A DNA stretch of 64,000 nt from a virus, in IMG/VR virus record IMGVR_UViG_3300009553_000019, positions 1-64,000 of that record. One strand, written 5' to 3'. This document shows, one piece after another, positions 38,701-48,500 of the stretch. Each line of letters begins with the position of its first letter. Positions within the stretch are counted from its first letter, which is position 1. The notes below the pieces were generated by a model, which was given only the letters and a program-made list of their open reading frames with translations, made no database searches and was not told the origin of the DNA. The position numbers were made by a program, and so were the translations under genes.

Positions 38701-40600
38701 GTTGATCTCTTTTAGAGATAGCTCAGATTGGGAGGTTTCTAGAAATACAGGAACAACCTCGACATCTGGTGGTACTGGTATCTTTATGTTTGGATCTTGT
38801 CCAAATGGACGGATGTTTGCTAACAGGTTAACCGGTCCATCTAGTGCTACACCAACTGGTAGTGCTATAACTTATAGCTCTTGTTCCGATATCAGAGTCT
38901 ATGACAATACCTTGGTTGGTTGGTTGTATGGTATTACAGCTTCTGCTAGTGTGATTAGAGGTAGCTTTAAAAATAACAAACTTGTTGAAGGTGGGACATC
39001 GGATTCATGCTCTTTCGGGGTGAATTTCCCTGTTACTATCAACGACTGTGAGTTCGTTGGAAACGTAATTAGCGGTTATAGGGTTGGGCTGATTTTAGGA
39101 GCAACTGGTAATGTTACTCGTCTGTCGGTAAAAAACAACACCATTGCTGGTCAATCTATTTCAGCAGTTACTGGTGTAAGTGAATTTAGTGGTAAGGGAA
39201 TCTTGATAGCAATGCAGTCAATACTTGGAACTGACCAAGCTATCGAAATTCAAGGAAATACCATAAGAGACATTGTCACTAGTGATACACTAAGTCATGA
39301 TCTTTTCTCTACACCTACTGGTGGTATTGTAGTTCGAGCGATAGATAATGCTTCCAAAGCATTATCAGGACTAACGATAGAGGGTAACCAAATCCACTGC
39401 TCCAACTCGATAAGTCCTGGATCTGCTTTAATCAACACATTAGGTTGTTGGGGTATTTGGACAAATGCATCTCTTTCAGCTGGTTCAGTATGCAACAATA
39501 CTATCAACAGTGATGGTCTACAGATAAATTGTAATGATGCTGGAGGAACCGGAGATGGTGGGATTCGAGTTGGTTGTGGATCCAGCCCTCTTAGTAGTTC
39601 AACTTTTGCCATCACAAGTGCTATCATAAACGGAAATACGATTACGTGGACTTCAGGATCTGTTAGTGCTAGTCAAGCAGCATCTGCTGGTGTTAGAATT
39701 TTTGGTGATCAGCTAAATACAAAGGTCACCAATAATCAGATGTTGTTGAATTCCACAATGAATACAGACGCCACTTCGTGCGGTAGATTACACGGTGTGG
39801 TTGTAGATACAAACGGATCAAGAATCGCTTCAAATATCGAAGTTTCAAACAATCGAATTTCTTCTGAAGGGTACATGGCTACGCCACTCGGAACTGGTGG
39901 GGTTCCAGTCTGGATTAGATTTAGTAGCAATAGCTGCTCAATCAACAACAACAAAATTTCTGGGTCTTGGCACCACAACATTAATACCTCTGTCGGATTG
40001 ACAGAAAATCTGAAGTGGGCCTTTATTGCTGTAGGTATTGATGGTGCCAATACTACAAATGATTGCACCATTAATGGAAACACTATTATCGTTCCAGATA
40101 TACCAGTAGCTGCTGGCTGGAACATGCTATGTGGCATACGTGTTGGGTTATCTACTGGTAGTGGTAGTAACCTCCAGATAAACAACAATCTCTTGGATGT
40201 AAATCTTTACTCAACTGATCTTGCGGGTGAAGGTTCAGGAGCTCTGGATTCTGGGGCAATTCAAGTTAGTGGTAATGGTGTAAGTTGTGAGTTTGTTCAA
40301 ATTATGAACAACAGAGTTTTTAGGTTAGATCCACGAGGTGCTAGAACTGCAACCGCAATTTCAAATAGAGGTTGGTGTTCTGCCCAAGTGATTGGCAATG
40401 ATACTAACTCTTCGCCAACCCCATTCCCTGCTGTTCGAGACTTGCTTGAAGTTAACGTTGGTGGGATGCCCCATTCGGCTAGGTGGAGTTTAAATAGAGC
40501 TGGTACACCTTCGAGCGTTGGTCGTATTGATTTAGATCCCACCTCATATCTAGCGGATCCAGGTGGTGGAACTAACTGGGATGGGAGCACTTTTAGCTAA
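35786..40600 (+). CDS. Large tail fibre/tailspike: N-terminal PKD/Ig-like domain, C-terminal right-handed beta-helix
   Basis: W.L..KP..S.A...TTF.PDVPG.Y.IQL.VD, followed by many I..N.I parallel beta-helix repeats; 1604 aa. Confidence 0.7.
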   Translation: MSSAIILIQQSGAPAGVAGKSRDDLALYSGANPIQISSTDGTAGTVAWALIDKPPSSTAAIANPSIASTTFNPDVPGSYFIQLTVDGGGSPGQIQRLVAAVQIALPVWVTGTLDAPKLRIPAKGETIEFNVQSSPASGANTRGWAQEMDEWFRSISQYAFGVAIQSASTPVTGTGYSTFFTLNFGSGFTIVDGGNGVLNISTSGGGGGGGALSPANYTVALPGGPFSVLDVEASFFAPSGSNIYNSAGNANFEASGSNAQLVVHAGHHQKLFHNPGILPDPNTTLGYAATINTGSNPHTVTFTDLAGTQIATSDGRVINPGVLGAGPQINIGAPASPRLIDWTINPTSLQPEATQIIAVAASVNVEGLIVDVSPGHPTGAQNLAYSASGWRWSNGQTTPPLAAPGILRLFHSNGVDYVDVYQRVATPSTGTDSWTISAPSPTLQRVGRALYWVNGSTSEWGFLLNSERRFIDARQTGFLGDIELQPVALARIDQLGADLQFQAGVVFDHRRTVAVSSLADMYYDSFGLVGTGSSVPNDAVSIEGGSCWISGRRYTLKGSLAINTISGIGSAGKKIIWAEVGADGKSISLKAAAATDPINGLQTALLNGFDTQPPFAKDSAGGTPRKRCPLWYGNYDGTNLLGAGRVDLRRDVAYFGSWSVGTRSFYAYTSLDGSPTQQPLSRTAVPTPAGGLGTEFESIAAALAWHAVLTAGSLAGTVNNLLDSGGRGENYPCCLNIIKDTFETYPFTIWNNIEIRGGGRPNVRLMARATAFGTSEPGYFWIGSDSLVYGSGGGNQLVYNVKITGCNWVVDNPVGDGASNAECIRVNAPYWLDSAFPTIAPQASCQHVTIDDNRFFARVSAPTTSFAGIRFYAEAGPGGPGTHAGTYHIISIRKNNLGLSYGTTGSSNTTLGVGIGGIFTAPINGELSQQIEILDNTIRAGQFGIRLGEGNWGVDRTIIRDNFIGVTQSTGTLISFRDSSDWEVSRNTGTTSTSGGTGIFMFGSCPNGRMFANRLTGPSSATPTGSAITYSSCSDIRVYDNTLVGWLYGITASASVIRGSFKNNKLVEGGTSDSCSFGVNFPVTINDCEFVGNVISGYRVGLILGATGNVTRLSVKNNTIAGQSISAVTGVSEFSGKGILIAMQSILGTDQAIEIQGNTIRDIVTSDTLSHDLFSTPTGGIVVRAIDNASKALSGLTIEGNQIHCSNSISPGSALINTLGCWGIWTNASLSAGSVCNNTINSDGLQINCNDAGGTGDGGIRVGCGSSPLSSSTFAITSAIINGNTITWTSGSVSASQAASAGVRIFGDQLNTKVTNNQMLLNSTMNTDATSCGRLHGVVVDTNGSRIASNIEVSNNRISSEGYMATPLGTGGVPVWIRFSSNSCSINNNKISGSWHHNINTSVGLTENLKWAFIAVGIDGANTTNDCTINGNTIIVPDIPVAAGWNMLCGIRVGLSTGSGSNLQINNNLLDVNLYSTDLAGEGSGALDSGAIQVSGNGVSCEFVQIMNNRVFRLDPRGARTATAISNRGWCSAQVIGNDTNSSPTPFPAVRDLLEVNVGGMPHSARWSLNRAGTPSSVGRIDLDPTSYLADPGGGTNWDGSTFS

Positions 40601-42423
40601 TGGCCTGGGGTACTTCAGCCTGGGGTGGAGGTGGTGGAGGAACTGGACCATGGGGAGCATGCATTCCTGGTGGTCCAGATTTAACGCTACCAACTATCTC
40701 TTTACAATCTCCAGCTCCCACATCGACTGTATCAAACAACACCAACATTGCGTTTAGAATTTCTGATGATGTTGGAGTTGATTTTAACACCATTGTCGTA
40801 AAAGTCACTGTCGGTGTAACTACCTACACTGCATTTTCGGATGGTGTTTTTGATCCTCTGTTTAATGGTGTTCAAAACTTTCTTAGTGCGAATGCTACAA
40901 ATGGCTTTGATTTCATCATACAACCTAGTATCGTATGGGCTGCAGGTTCTACTGTTAGTGTTACTGTTGTTGCTGGTGATACTAGCTGCAACCTAGTAAC
41001 TACTAGTTGGTCATTTCAAATTGAGGAGACTGAGTCAGTTTGTTGTGGTCCAATCAATTTCATAGATGTACCCTATCTAGGTGGGTGGGGTGATCATGAG
41101 TGGGGTACCTCATATTGGGGTGGGGGTTTAACGGTTTCTTTACCAGTAGATGGGGGCGGTGTTCCACTAATCGGAAGTATTACCCCTAATCAAGGCTTTA
41201 CTACTGGTGGTGATAACTTCACTATCATAGGATCTAACCTAGCTAGTTTCTTTTTTAATGACCGCTTTTCTGATGCTATTGTTGGATTTCTCTGGTATCA
41301 GATGGGTGGCTTAATTACTGAAGGACCCATTGGGTTCAATGGTTCATTACACTGCAAAACTGTTGGGTTTAACTCATACTCTGGAGTAGTTGCGAATTAT
41401 CTAAAGCCTAATGGCGATTTTCATGTAGCTCTAGACTTTTTGGTTAAAACTCCATTCTTAACTAAAAAGCCACCAGTAGAAGTAGTTCTTGCAGCGGTTG
41501 AAGCTTTTGTTGATGATGGGAATCGTATACGTTTCTCTTATGTTGCAAAAGGGTCAACTAGCATCCTAAGGATGGAGGTCTGGAAGACAGGAATACTTCG
41601 ACACATAAAAGAAAAGCAACTATCTACTTTTAGTGGAAATCTTGGTATTATGCGATACTATGACAGTATCCATAGTGATGAGAAGGTTGCTTTTTGGTTT
41701 AACGGAAATAAGATTTTTGACTGTTTTGATGGTCCAGTCGGTACATTGCAGATTAGATTCTTTACCTACAATAACAATAGTTCCTATGAACTAGAGACAT
41801 GGTTTGACAACTTTATCTCTCATACTGTAATTGTCTTTACTGGTCCATTTGGTAGTGATGTAGTAACTAACGTAGTTGAAGTAAATACTAATCGAGTTAG
41901 GGGTAAGACACCAGCTACTGTTGAAAACTGGGCTGGTGATGTTAATATCAGAGTTACTAATGGGTCAGGATCTGGTTGTGTAGGAACTTGTTACGCATCT
42001 GTAACGCCTTATGTACCTGCTAGCCCTTCTGACTGGGAATCACCAGCACCTACAACAGTCGAAGAAGCAATGCTTCGAATTCAGCTGGAGCTTTTAGATC
42101 ATTTTGATGGGACAGTCTCAACTCTAGGAGTATGTTCTAACTTGGTTGATTTGGCTGCAGACTTAGCCTTGCATATCGACTTTGCAGTCTCACCGACTTT
42201 AGATGATATCTCTCATAAGCTATTCTTACATACAGAACATCCAATTGGACATCCCGATGTGCTAAGTAGTGGTGGATGTTTCCAATATGAGTACCCACCA
42301 GGTTATATCGTTGGCAGGTCTCAGCCATTCCGACCAACCCTAAGAGAAGTATCAATCTGTAATGACGAGGCTCTTAGGAATCCGGGACCAAATATTGGTC
42401 TGGGTCTCCGTGTGGAATATTGA
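40600..42423 (+). CDS. Virion protein with WG-rich motifs, Ig-like/IPT domains and a lectin-like insert
   Basis: WGTSAWGG and WGTSYWGG motifs; ISLQSPAP; SITPNQGFTTGGDNFTIIGSN (IPT/TIG-like). Confidence 0.55.
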   Translation: MAWGTSAWGGGGGGTGPWGACIPGGPDLTLPTISLQSPAPTSTVSNNTNIAFRISDDVGVDFNTIVVKVTVGVTTYTAFSDGVFDPLFNGVQNFLSANATNGFDFIIQPSIVWAAGSTVSVTVVAGDTSCNLVTTSWSFQIEETESVCCGPINFIDVPYLGGWGDHEWGTSYWGGGLTVSLPVDGGGVPLIGSITPNQGFTTGGDNFTIIGSNLASFFFNDRFSDAIVGFLWYQMGGLITEGPIGFNGSLHCKTVGFNSYSGVVANYLKPNGDFHVALDFLVKTPFLTKKPPVEVVLAAVEAFVDDGNRIRFSYVAKGSTSILRMEVWKTGILRHIKEKQLSTFSGNLGIMRYYDSIHSDEKVAFWFNGNKIFDCFDGPVGTLQIRFFTYNNNSSYELETWFDNFISHTVIVFTGPFGSDVVTNVVEVNTNRVRGKTPATVENWAGDVNIRVTNGSGSGCVGTCYASVTPYVPASPSDWESPAPTTVEEAMLRIQLELLDHFDGTVSTLGVCSNLVDLAADLALHIDFAVSPTLDDISHKLFLHTEHPIGHPDVLSSGGCFQYEYPPGYIVGRSQPFRPTLREVSICNDEALRNPGPNIGLGLRVEY

Positions 42424-45400
42424 TGCCAATAAATAGCTTAATCAACAGATATCGAGACCTTGTCAATCAAATTCCGAAGGGGTCTTTCTATAGTAATGAT
42501 GGAAACATTGTCCCTATGCGGGACAATCCCTATGTAATTCGATTTACAACTAACTCACCCAATACACAGTTTGGGGTGTTTGTCAATAACATCTATACAG
42601 GTGTAGTTCAGAGTGATGCTCAGGGGAATGTAACTACCTCTGTTTTACCGAAGTTGGGTGAGAACGAGCTATCAATTGTTAACAGCGTAACTCAAGAACG
42701 AACTATATCGTATCTTACTACTAGAAATTACGCTACCTGGCTAGCTTCTATAGCTGAAGTTTTTGAAGAACTAGATAACTTCATAGATCTAACTCAGTTA
42801 GATTCTGGGTTAGCCACTGCATCAAGTTCTGGCTTAGATGAGGTTTGGGGGGTTAGGGCAAACCAAAGCAATGTAGGTTATGAACCTGATGCTTATCGGG
42901 AAACACTTCAAGCCTTACTTCTTGGTTATCGACTTTTTGGTGCAAAGTTTAGAGGTATTGAGCTAGCAGTTGCAAGTTTTACTCAAATCCCTCCTCTTAT
43001 TTATCAACGACGATTTGATGGTAAACGATGGATTCTTGGGTCGGATTTCCTAGTCAACCGTACTTTCGAAACTATTGAATTCGCTTTTAACCCAACCCCT
43101 TCACTGCCTGGATTAACCTTAGAGAGTATAGGGTGGATTGCTAATACAGGATCAACCACTCTTGGTTGGGTGTCTGGTGGGACTATTAGTGTATCTGGAA
43201 CTGTCGATCTTAATACCCTAACTTATGGTAAAGGTGGAAGCGTTGATGGGCTAACGTTAGTAATTTCTAACGAAGCTGGAGCATTTCAAACAGTAAAGTT
43301 TAATCAACCCGCTAGTGGTGGGGATCTTACGGATCAAATCAACCGAAGTATCCAGGGCATAGAATCGTACATTGGGGTTGGAAATGTTTTGGTTATAAAA
43401 TCAACTTTGCTTGGTTCTACCAGCTTTATCAAGGTTGAGCGTTATGGAACAGCCCTGCCAATAGTCGGATTGTTAGAGCAGCTAATAACAGGTAATGATA
43501 ATCTCATCACATACATAGACCCTATCTTGGGGTTGTTTACAAAACTGACTTCTCCAAGATTTGATGGGCTAGTAGATATTCCAGGACCTAGGTTTCCAGC
43601 AAGAAGTCTCAGTATTGCAGGTCCATTCAATATCACGCCTGGAAATCAGCTGCTAGAATTTGATATTGACTCAAGAGGGGTAATTGATATTCTTTTACCA
43701 CTTGGAGCTCAAACAGCTACTAGTTTAGCTACTTTCATCAACACTGCTTTACTTTTAGATGTTAGGTATGGAATCACCTACTCGAACAGTATTCAAGTAG
43801 CAGTTGGAAGTCCAAGAATAAGAATAGACTCTTCGGATGGTGGTTCTATTGAAATTTACCCCACCACCGGATCTATCTACCTATTCAACATCACAGCTCC
43901 TGAAAAGTATTTAGGGTACCAACCAATCATTGCTACTGTTCGAGTAGTTAATGCAGCTACAGATGTTTCAAATTCTGTAGTTTTTCAGACCTATAGATCA
44001 CCACTGCCAGAGAATTGGTTTGCTTTTGGAGCTTCAGCAAAAGTTGTCGCTAGACAGGGACAACAGTTTTCTACTGGTCCCCAATGTTTACAGCTAACTG
44101 CAACAGGATCTGGTGAAATCACTCTTTACCAAAAGGCAATTGTCCAAGCTAATAAGTATAAGGAATTTCTTTTTGATTGGGGTATGTGGTTATCACCAAC
44201 GGTAAATATATCAGCTACGTTAGGTTGGAGTTTTGATAATGGTACAACCTGGAATGAAGGTACTACGATTGCATTATCAAAACTAGATGACCCTAACCAG
44301 CTCCCAAAATTCATCAGAAGTACATTTAGGTACGATGCTGACGCTTTAAGCTTAACAGTTAGGGTAAGAATATCAGGGTTGACAGCTGGGCAGACTGTTG
44401 TGGTTGATTCTGCTAGATTATTACAACCCAATGTTACTGCAATGTTTCTGGCAAGAAATACAATCATACGATCTCGTAAACGATCGTATTTCGGAGAACT
44501 ACTTTGGAGTTGGTGTTCTGATCCATTAACTGCTGATGAATCTACCTCAATTGGTTTGGGATCACCTCCCAATTGGCCAGTAGGTACGATAGATCAAATA
44601 GCAGCAGCTCAAAACCAAATCGATAGATTTGACGTTTCGGAATTTGACCTAGTTTCGGGATTGTCAAAAAATCTCATGGGGGTTATTAATGAGTCAGATT
44701 GGTCAATGGCAACCTTAACCAATCTAGATCTTATCCCCAGAGATCCTTCTAGAGCTTCTTTTGTTCAACCATCTGTTGCAGATGTAGTAACTGATTCTTT
44801 GACTTTTCCAAATGCTCCACCATATAGAGCAACTCTAAGTTTAGTTTCAGATCAAGATCAAGGTCAGGCTGTATTATTTGAAGATGGTACACCATTACCC
44901 AACGACAAATGGTTTTTTAGCTTAGCGAACCAAATTACAGTAGATACATCATCTTATAACCCCAACGCTCTATACACTGTTAGTTATTTACCTCTTTGGC
45001 AAGCTGAGACTCAGATCATTGATTTGGGTAGTGGGTTTCAAGATTATGTGTGGTATGGAGATCACTATCGATTCACTAGATTTGATACAGATAAGACAAA
45101 AACATTGAAGTCACGATATCTCTATCTTGATTTCACTACCTTTGAAGCTGTTTTAGATTTTCCAGCAGTTCCCGACATTAACCTGACTACAATCGTTAGG
45201 GATAATGGTTTGGATAAGGTAGAGCTAACAAAAGATTCTTTCATTTGGGTTGATCAATACACCGTCCGATTAGCAGCACAGGCAGTTATACCTACGGCAC
45301 TTTATACTATGACTTACTACGAAGTAGGTATGAAAAACGAAGAGCTTCCTCAGGTTTTATTTGAGACTAGGGGTGGGGCAACTGCCTCTGATTGCCAATC

Positions 45401-45581
45401 AGCTAGCTACAAGACAATAACGAGAAATCAGGCATTGAGGACTAGCACTGGTTTTAGATACCACCAATTTAGGTTAACAGCAACCAATATCAAATATGTT
45501 ACTGATTTTAGGTTGTCATCAATTGTTGCAAAAGGGCTAAATGTTTTTGGCTCTCAGTCTGTTCCTGGTTTAGTACCGTGA
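42423..45581 (+). CDS. Large baseplate wedge-like protein
   Basis: L.TA....LDE.WG, YRE.L..L...Y..G....GI..AV..FT (wedge signature). Confidence 0.6.
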   Translation: MPINSLINRYRDLVNQIPKGSFYSNDGNIVPMRDNPYVIRFTTNSPNTQFGVFVNNIYTGVVQSDAQGNVTTSVLPKLGENELSIVNSVTQERTISYLTTRNYATWLASIAEVFEELDNFIDLTQLDSGLATASSSGLDEVWGVRANQSNVGYEPDAYRETLQALLLGYRLFGAKFRGIELAVASFTQIPPLIYQRRFDGKRWILGSDFLVNRTFETIEFAFNPTPSLPGLTLESIGWIANTGSTTLGWVSGGTISVSGTVDLNTLTYGKGGSVDGLTLVISNEAGAFQTVKFNQPASGGDLTDQINRSIQGIESYIGVGNVLVIKSTLLGSTSFIKVERYGTALPIVGLLEQLITGNDNLITYIDPILGLFTKLTSPRFDGLVDIPGPRFPARSLSIAGPFNITPGNQLLEFDIDSRGVIDILLPLGAQTATSLATFINTALLLDVRYGITYSNSIQVAVGSPRIRIDSSDGGSIEIYPTTGSIYLFNITAPEKYLGYQPIIATVRVVNAATDVSNSVVFQTYRSPLPENWFAFGASAKVVARQGQQFSTGPQCLQLTATGSGEITLYQKAIVQANKYKEFLFDWGMWLSPTVNISATLGWSFDNGTTWNEGTTIALSKLDDPNQLPKFIRSTFRYDADALSLTVRVRISGLTAGQTVVVDSARLLQPNVTAMFLARNTIIRSRKRSYFGELLWSWCSDPLTADESTSIGLGSPPNWPVGTIDQIAAAQNQIDRFDVSEFDLVSGLSKNLMGVINESDWSMATLTNLDLIPRDPSRASFVQPSVADVVTDSLTFPNAPPYRATLSLVSDQDQGQAVLFEDGTPLPNDKWFFSLANQITVDTSSYNPNALYTVSYLPLWQAETQIIDLGSGFQDYVWYGDHYRFTRFDTDKTKTLKSRYLYLDFTTFEAVLDFPAVPDINLTTIVRDNGLDKVELTKDSFIWVDQYTVRLAAQAVIPTALYTMTYYEVGMKNEELPQVLFETRGGATASDCQSASYKTITRNQALRTSTGFRYHQFRLTATNIKYVTDFRLSSIVAKGLNVFGSQSVPGLVP

Positions 45582-45590
45582 GGTTATGAG

Positions 45591-48500
45591 ATGGAAGGCA
45601 CTAGATATCGAGATGGCACGTTAGTTGACCAGAATCAACTACAAAGAACTGAGTCAACTAAGGCAGCCCAGATTTTAGATAGCCGAACTGATGAGTGGGA
45701 ACTGGGGATTGTAGGCGGATTAGTAGTAACCGTTAATAGCGTAAATACTAACCGAGTTGATTTATCTGCAGGTCATGGCTATGCAAATAATGCGGAGTTG
45801 GTTTTTATTGGGGTTGACCAGCTAAATATAGCTTTAGCAGATAATACACTTGGAGCTATTAACCTCCTTTACGCGTTTTATACTGAATTGGGTGGATCAC
45901 CATCACCACATGAGACCAATGGTACTGCGCCAGACACCGAGAATATAGCTTCTTTTAGGGTTAGGGTTTTAACAGCATCTCAATTTGCTGCCTTACCGTT
46001 TACCGACCCTACCTATTCTCAAGATGCTCAGGATAGGGCATTTTTGTTGAGTAAGATAACCGCTACTGGAGGTGCTTTAACTTCAGGCAGTATCACTCAA
46101 CCCCCACCATGGAGAGGGTTAAAGCAAGCAACTTTAGGGTTGCCAAATTTTGGCGATGGTATAAAGATCGTTATTGTTTCAGATACTACCCCAGAAGGAC
46201 CAAATGGTCAACTATCTTTTACCCAATCTCCAAACGCTTTAGCTTGGGCAGCTCCGGGAGATACCTTCGGTCCAACGGTACTGATTCCCAACGATGGTTA
46301 TTACACACTGACGTCTAGTGGTGGCTCAACAATTCAGGTTAATGTTCAGGTTACCGGATTGCCAGTAACGCCTCAAATAGTTACGGTTTCTATTTTAGGT
46401 CTATATACTCAAGAAGTTCCTAGAATGTCGGGAACTGACCTTCATCATAGAAGTTTAGTCGGAACTGGAACACCAACCAAACAAAACCCGCATGGTTTAT
46501 CACTAGCTGATATTTCACCTGAGTTCGTTGATGAAATTCGATTTCATCAACAGCTGATGCATAGTAATGGAATTTGGAGAGGGTCAAGTGCAAATTGCCT
46601 AAAGGTTTCTATTAACGAATCCCCATCTCCAGATAATTTGTTAATTAACACGCCAACTGGAGCAGATACCTACTTTGTTGATGGTAGACGGTTAGTTAGT
46701 ATCGTCAATTCTGGTGTATCTTTTACCGACGTTGTATCAAATAACAAATCACTGTATGAGATTTTCGTAGATGCTAGTGGCAATGTAAAGAAATCTGAAA
46801 GAGCCCGCCAACCCCAACCTGCAGTATTAGCAGGTTTGGAGAATGGTATAGTCTTTGTTTCAGAAGACTTCCCCGCTGGAACTTACCAACTGACATGGGA
46901 TACCACAGGAGCCCCACAACTATCGCTAAACGATGGCCCACCTGTCTTAATATTAGGAACAGGTCTTTACAATCTCAGGTTTGATTTTGGTTACATACAA
47001 TTCTATGTAGGCTCATACAGCAACTTACCTGGTGTATCTCCAAACCCCCCAGGAACGTTTGTTGAGGTGATTACAATAAACCCTGCTGTTAGCAAGAGTA
47101 AAAATCTTTCATTAGCTCAAGTTTACTTTTCAGGATCATCGTCAGGGTTTTTGGGCTATACACCAAATAGGGGAGTTGAGGCTGCCAAGCTAGTTGATAC
47201 TCGATTATTTGGAAGCATTGAAACCTATCATTTTAGAGATGATACTTTAAGAGAGTTAGAGCTTCCGACGGATGAACATAGCTATGACGGAGTAGTTATT
47301 GGCAGACCTGACCCACGATATACAGAAGGGCTAACTGTTTCAATTCTGGGTGGTTTAACAGTAACGGTAAATGGCTTCGCACCAGCTTATGTCAAAGGAC
47401 GTCGTTTTGAGGTTGAAGGTGGAGTGAACATTACTGTTCAAGGAACTTCTAGTACTGTAATCTATGTAAATGAGCATGGTTCGATAAGTGAATGCCCTAT
47501 AACTCTAGCCTCATTTTTGAGTGCAAATAATGCAACTGATGGGTTAAATCAAGACGGGTCATTAATCCTTCGAGGAGCTGCTCTAGCTCTAGTTTTATCA
47601 GATGCAGGTTCTGTAGTTGATGTTATAGATTTAAGACGAAATCTTGGAGGTGGGAACGTTTCTGTTGAACCATGGACTGTTGGTTCAACCAACTTCGTTT
47701 ATGGTGAGTTCTTTGATCTTAGAGGGGCTATTGTTTACGCCTCTGCTAACAAGATGTCGGTGATAAAGGTTCTTGAAACTGTTATTGATGATCAGATATC
47801 TCTTGTTGATGATTTGGTTATTGATGGTGGTGTGATCATTCTTGACTCAGCAGTCGCTTCACTTTCTAGTATTTTTGAAGTACTAAGCTCTGCAACTATA
47901 AGAAATGCTACAGTTGTGGCAGATATAGGCCCAATAACAGGGCCATTGCTAAACGGCAATTCAGCCAGTAATAGACACCTATCACTTGAAAGTGTTGCTT
48001 TGGTTGGGGCAGGTCTAACAGGTATAAAAATTGGTCCTGCTTCAAATACCCAGCAAGTTACCATTCGAGATTTAGTGTGCAGAGTTGGTGTTGCAGGTCC
48101 TGCTACTGCAAATCCCGTAGTTGAATTGCAAGTAAACACTGCAGTTGATGTTGATGGGATTACGTATGATCCAGGCCTATCACTTACAAGTGATGGGATA
48201 ATCAAACTATCGGGAGCTGGCATAAATTACGATTTAGGTTTATCTGTATCTGGAATACATTCAAAATCAACAGCTTGGGTAGTAGGGTTTGGTGGAAGCG
48301 GAAACACTTTACAAAATCTCAAAGTCTCTGATTGTGTAGGGATCAAACTAGATACCTTCTCTACCACACCTACATCTAAAGTTGCCTTTGCTAACACAAC
48401 ATGTCTTGGAGCTTTGGTATTAACATCTCTACAAGATTCAAGTTTTAGCAATTGCTCAATGCCTAATGGGTTTGGACTAATTTCTGTTCAAAATGTGACC

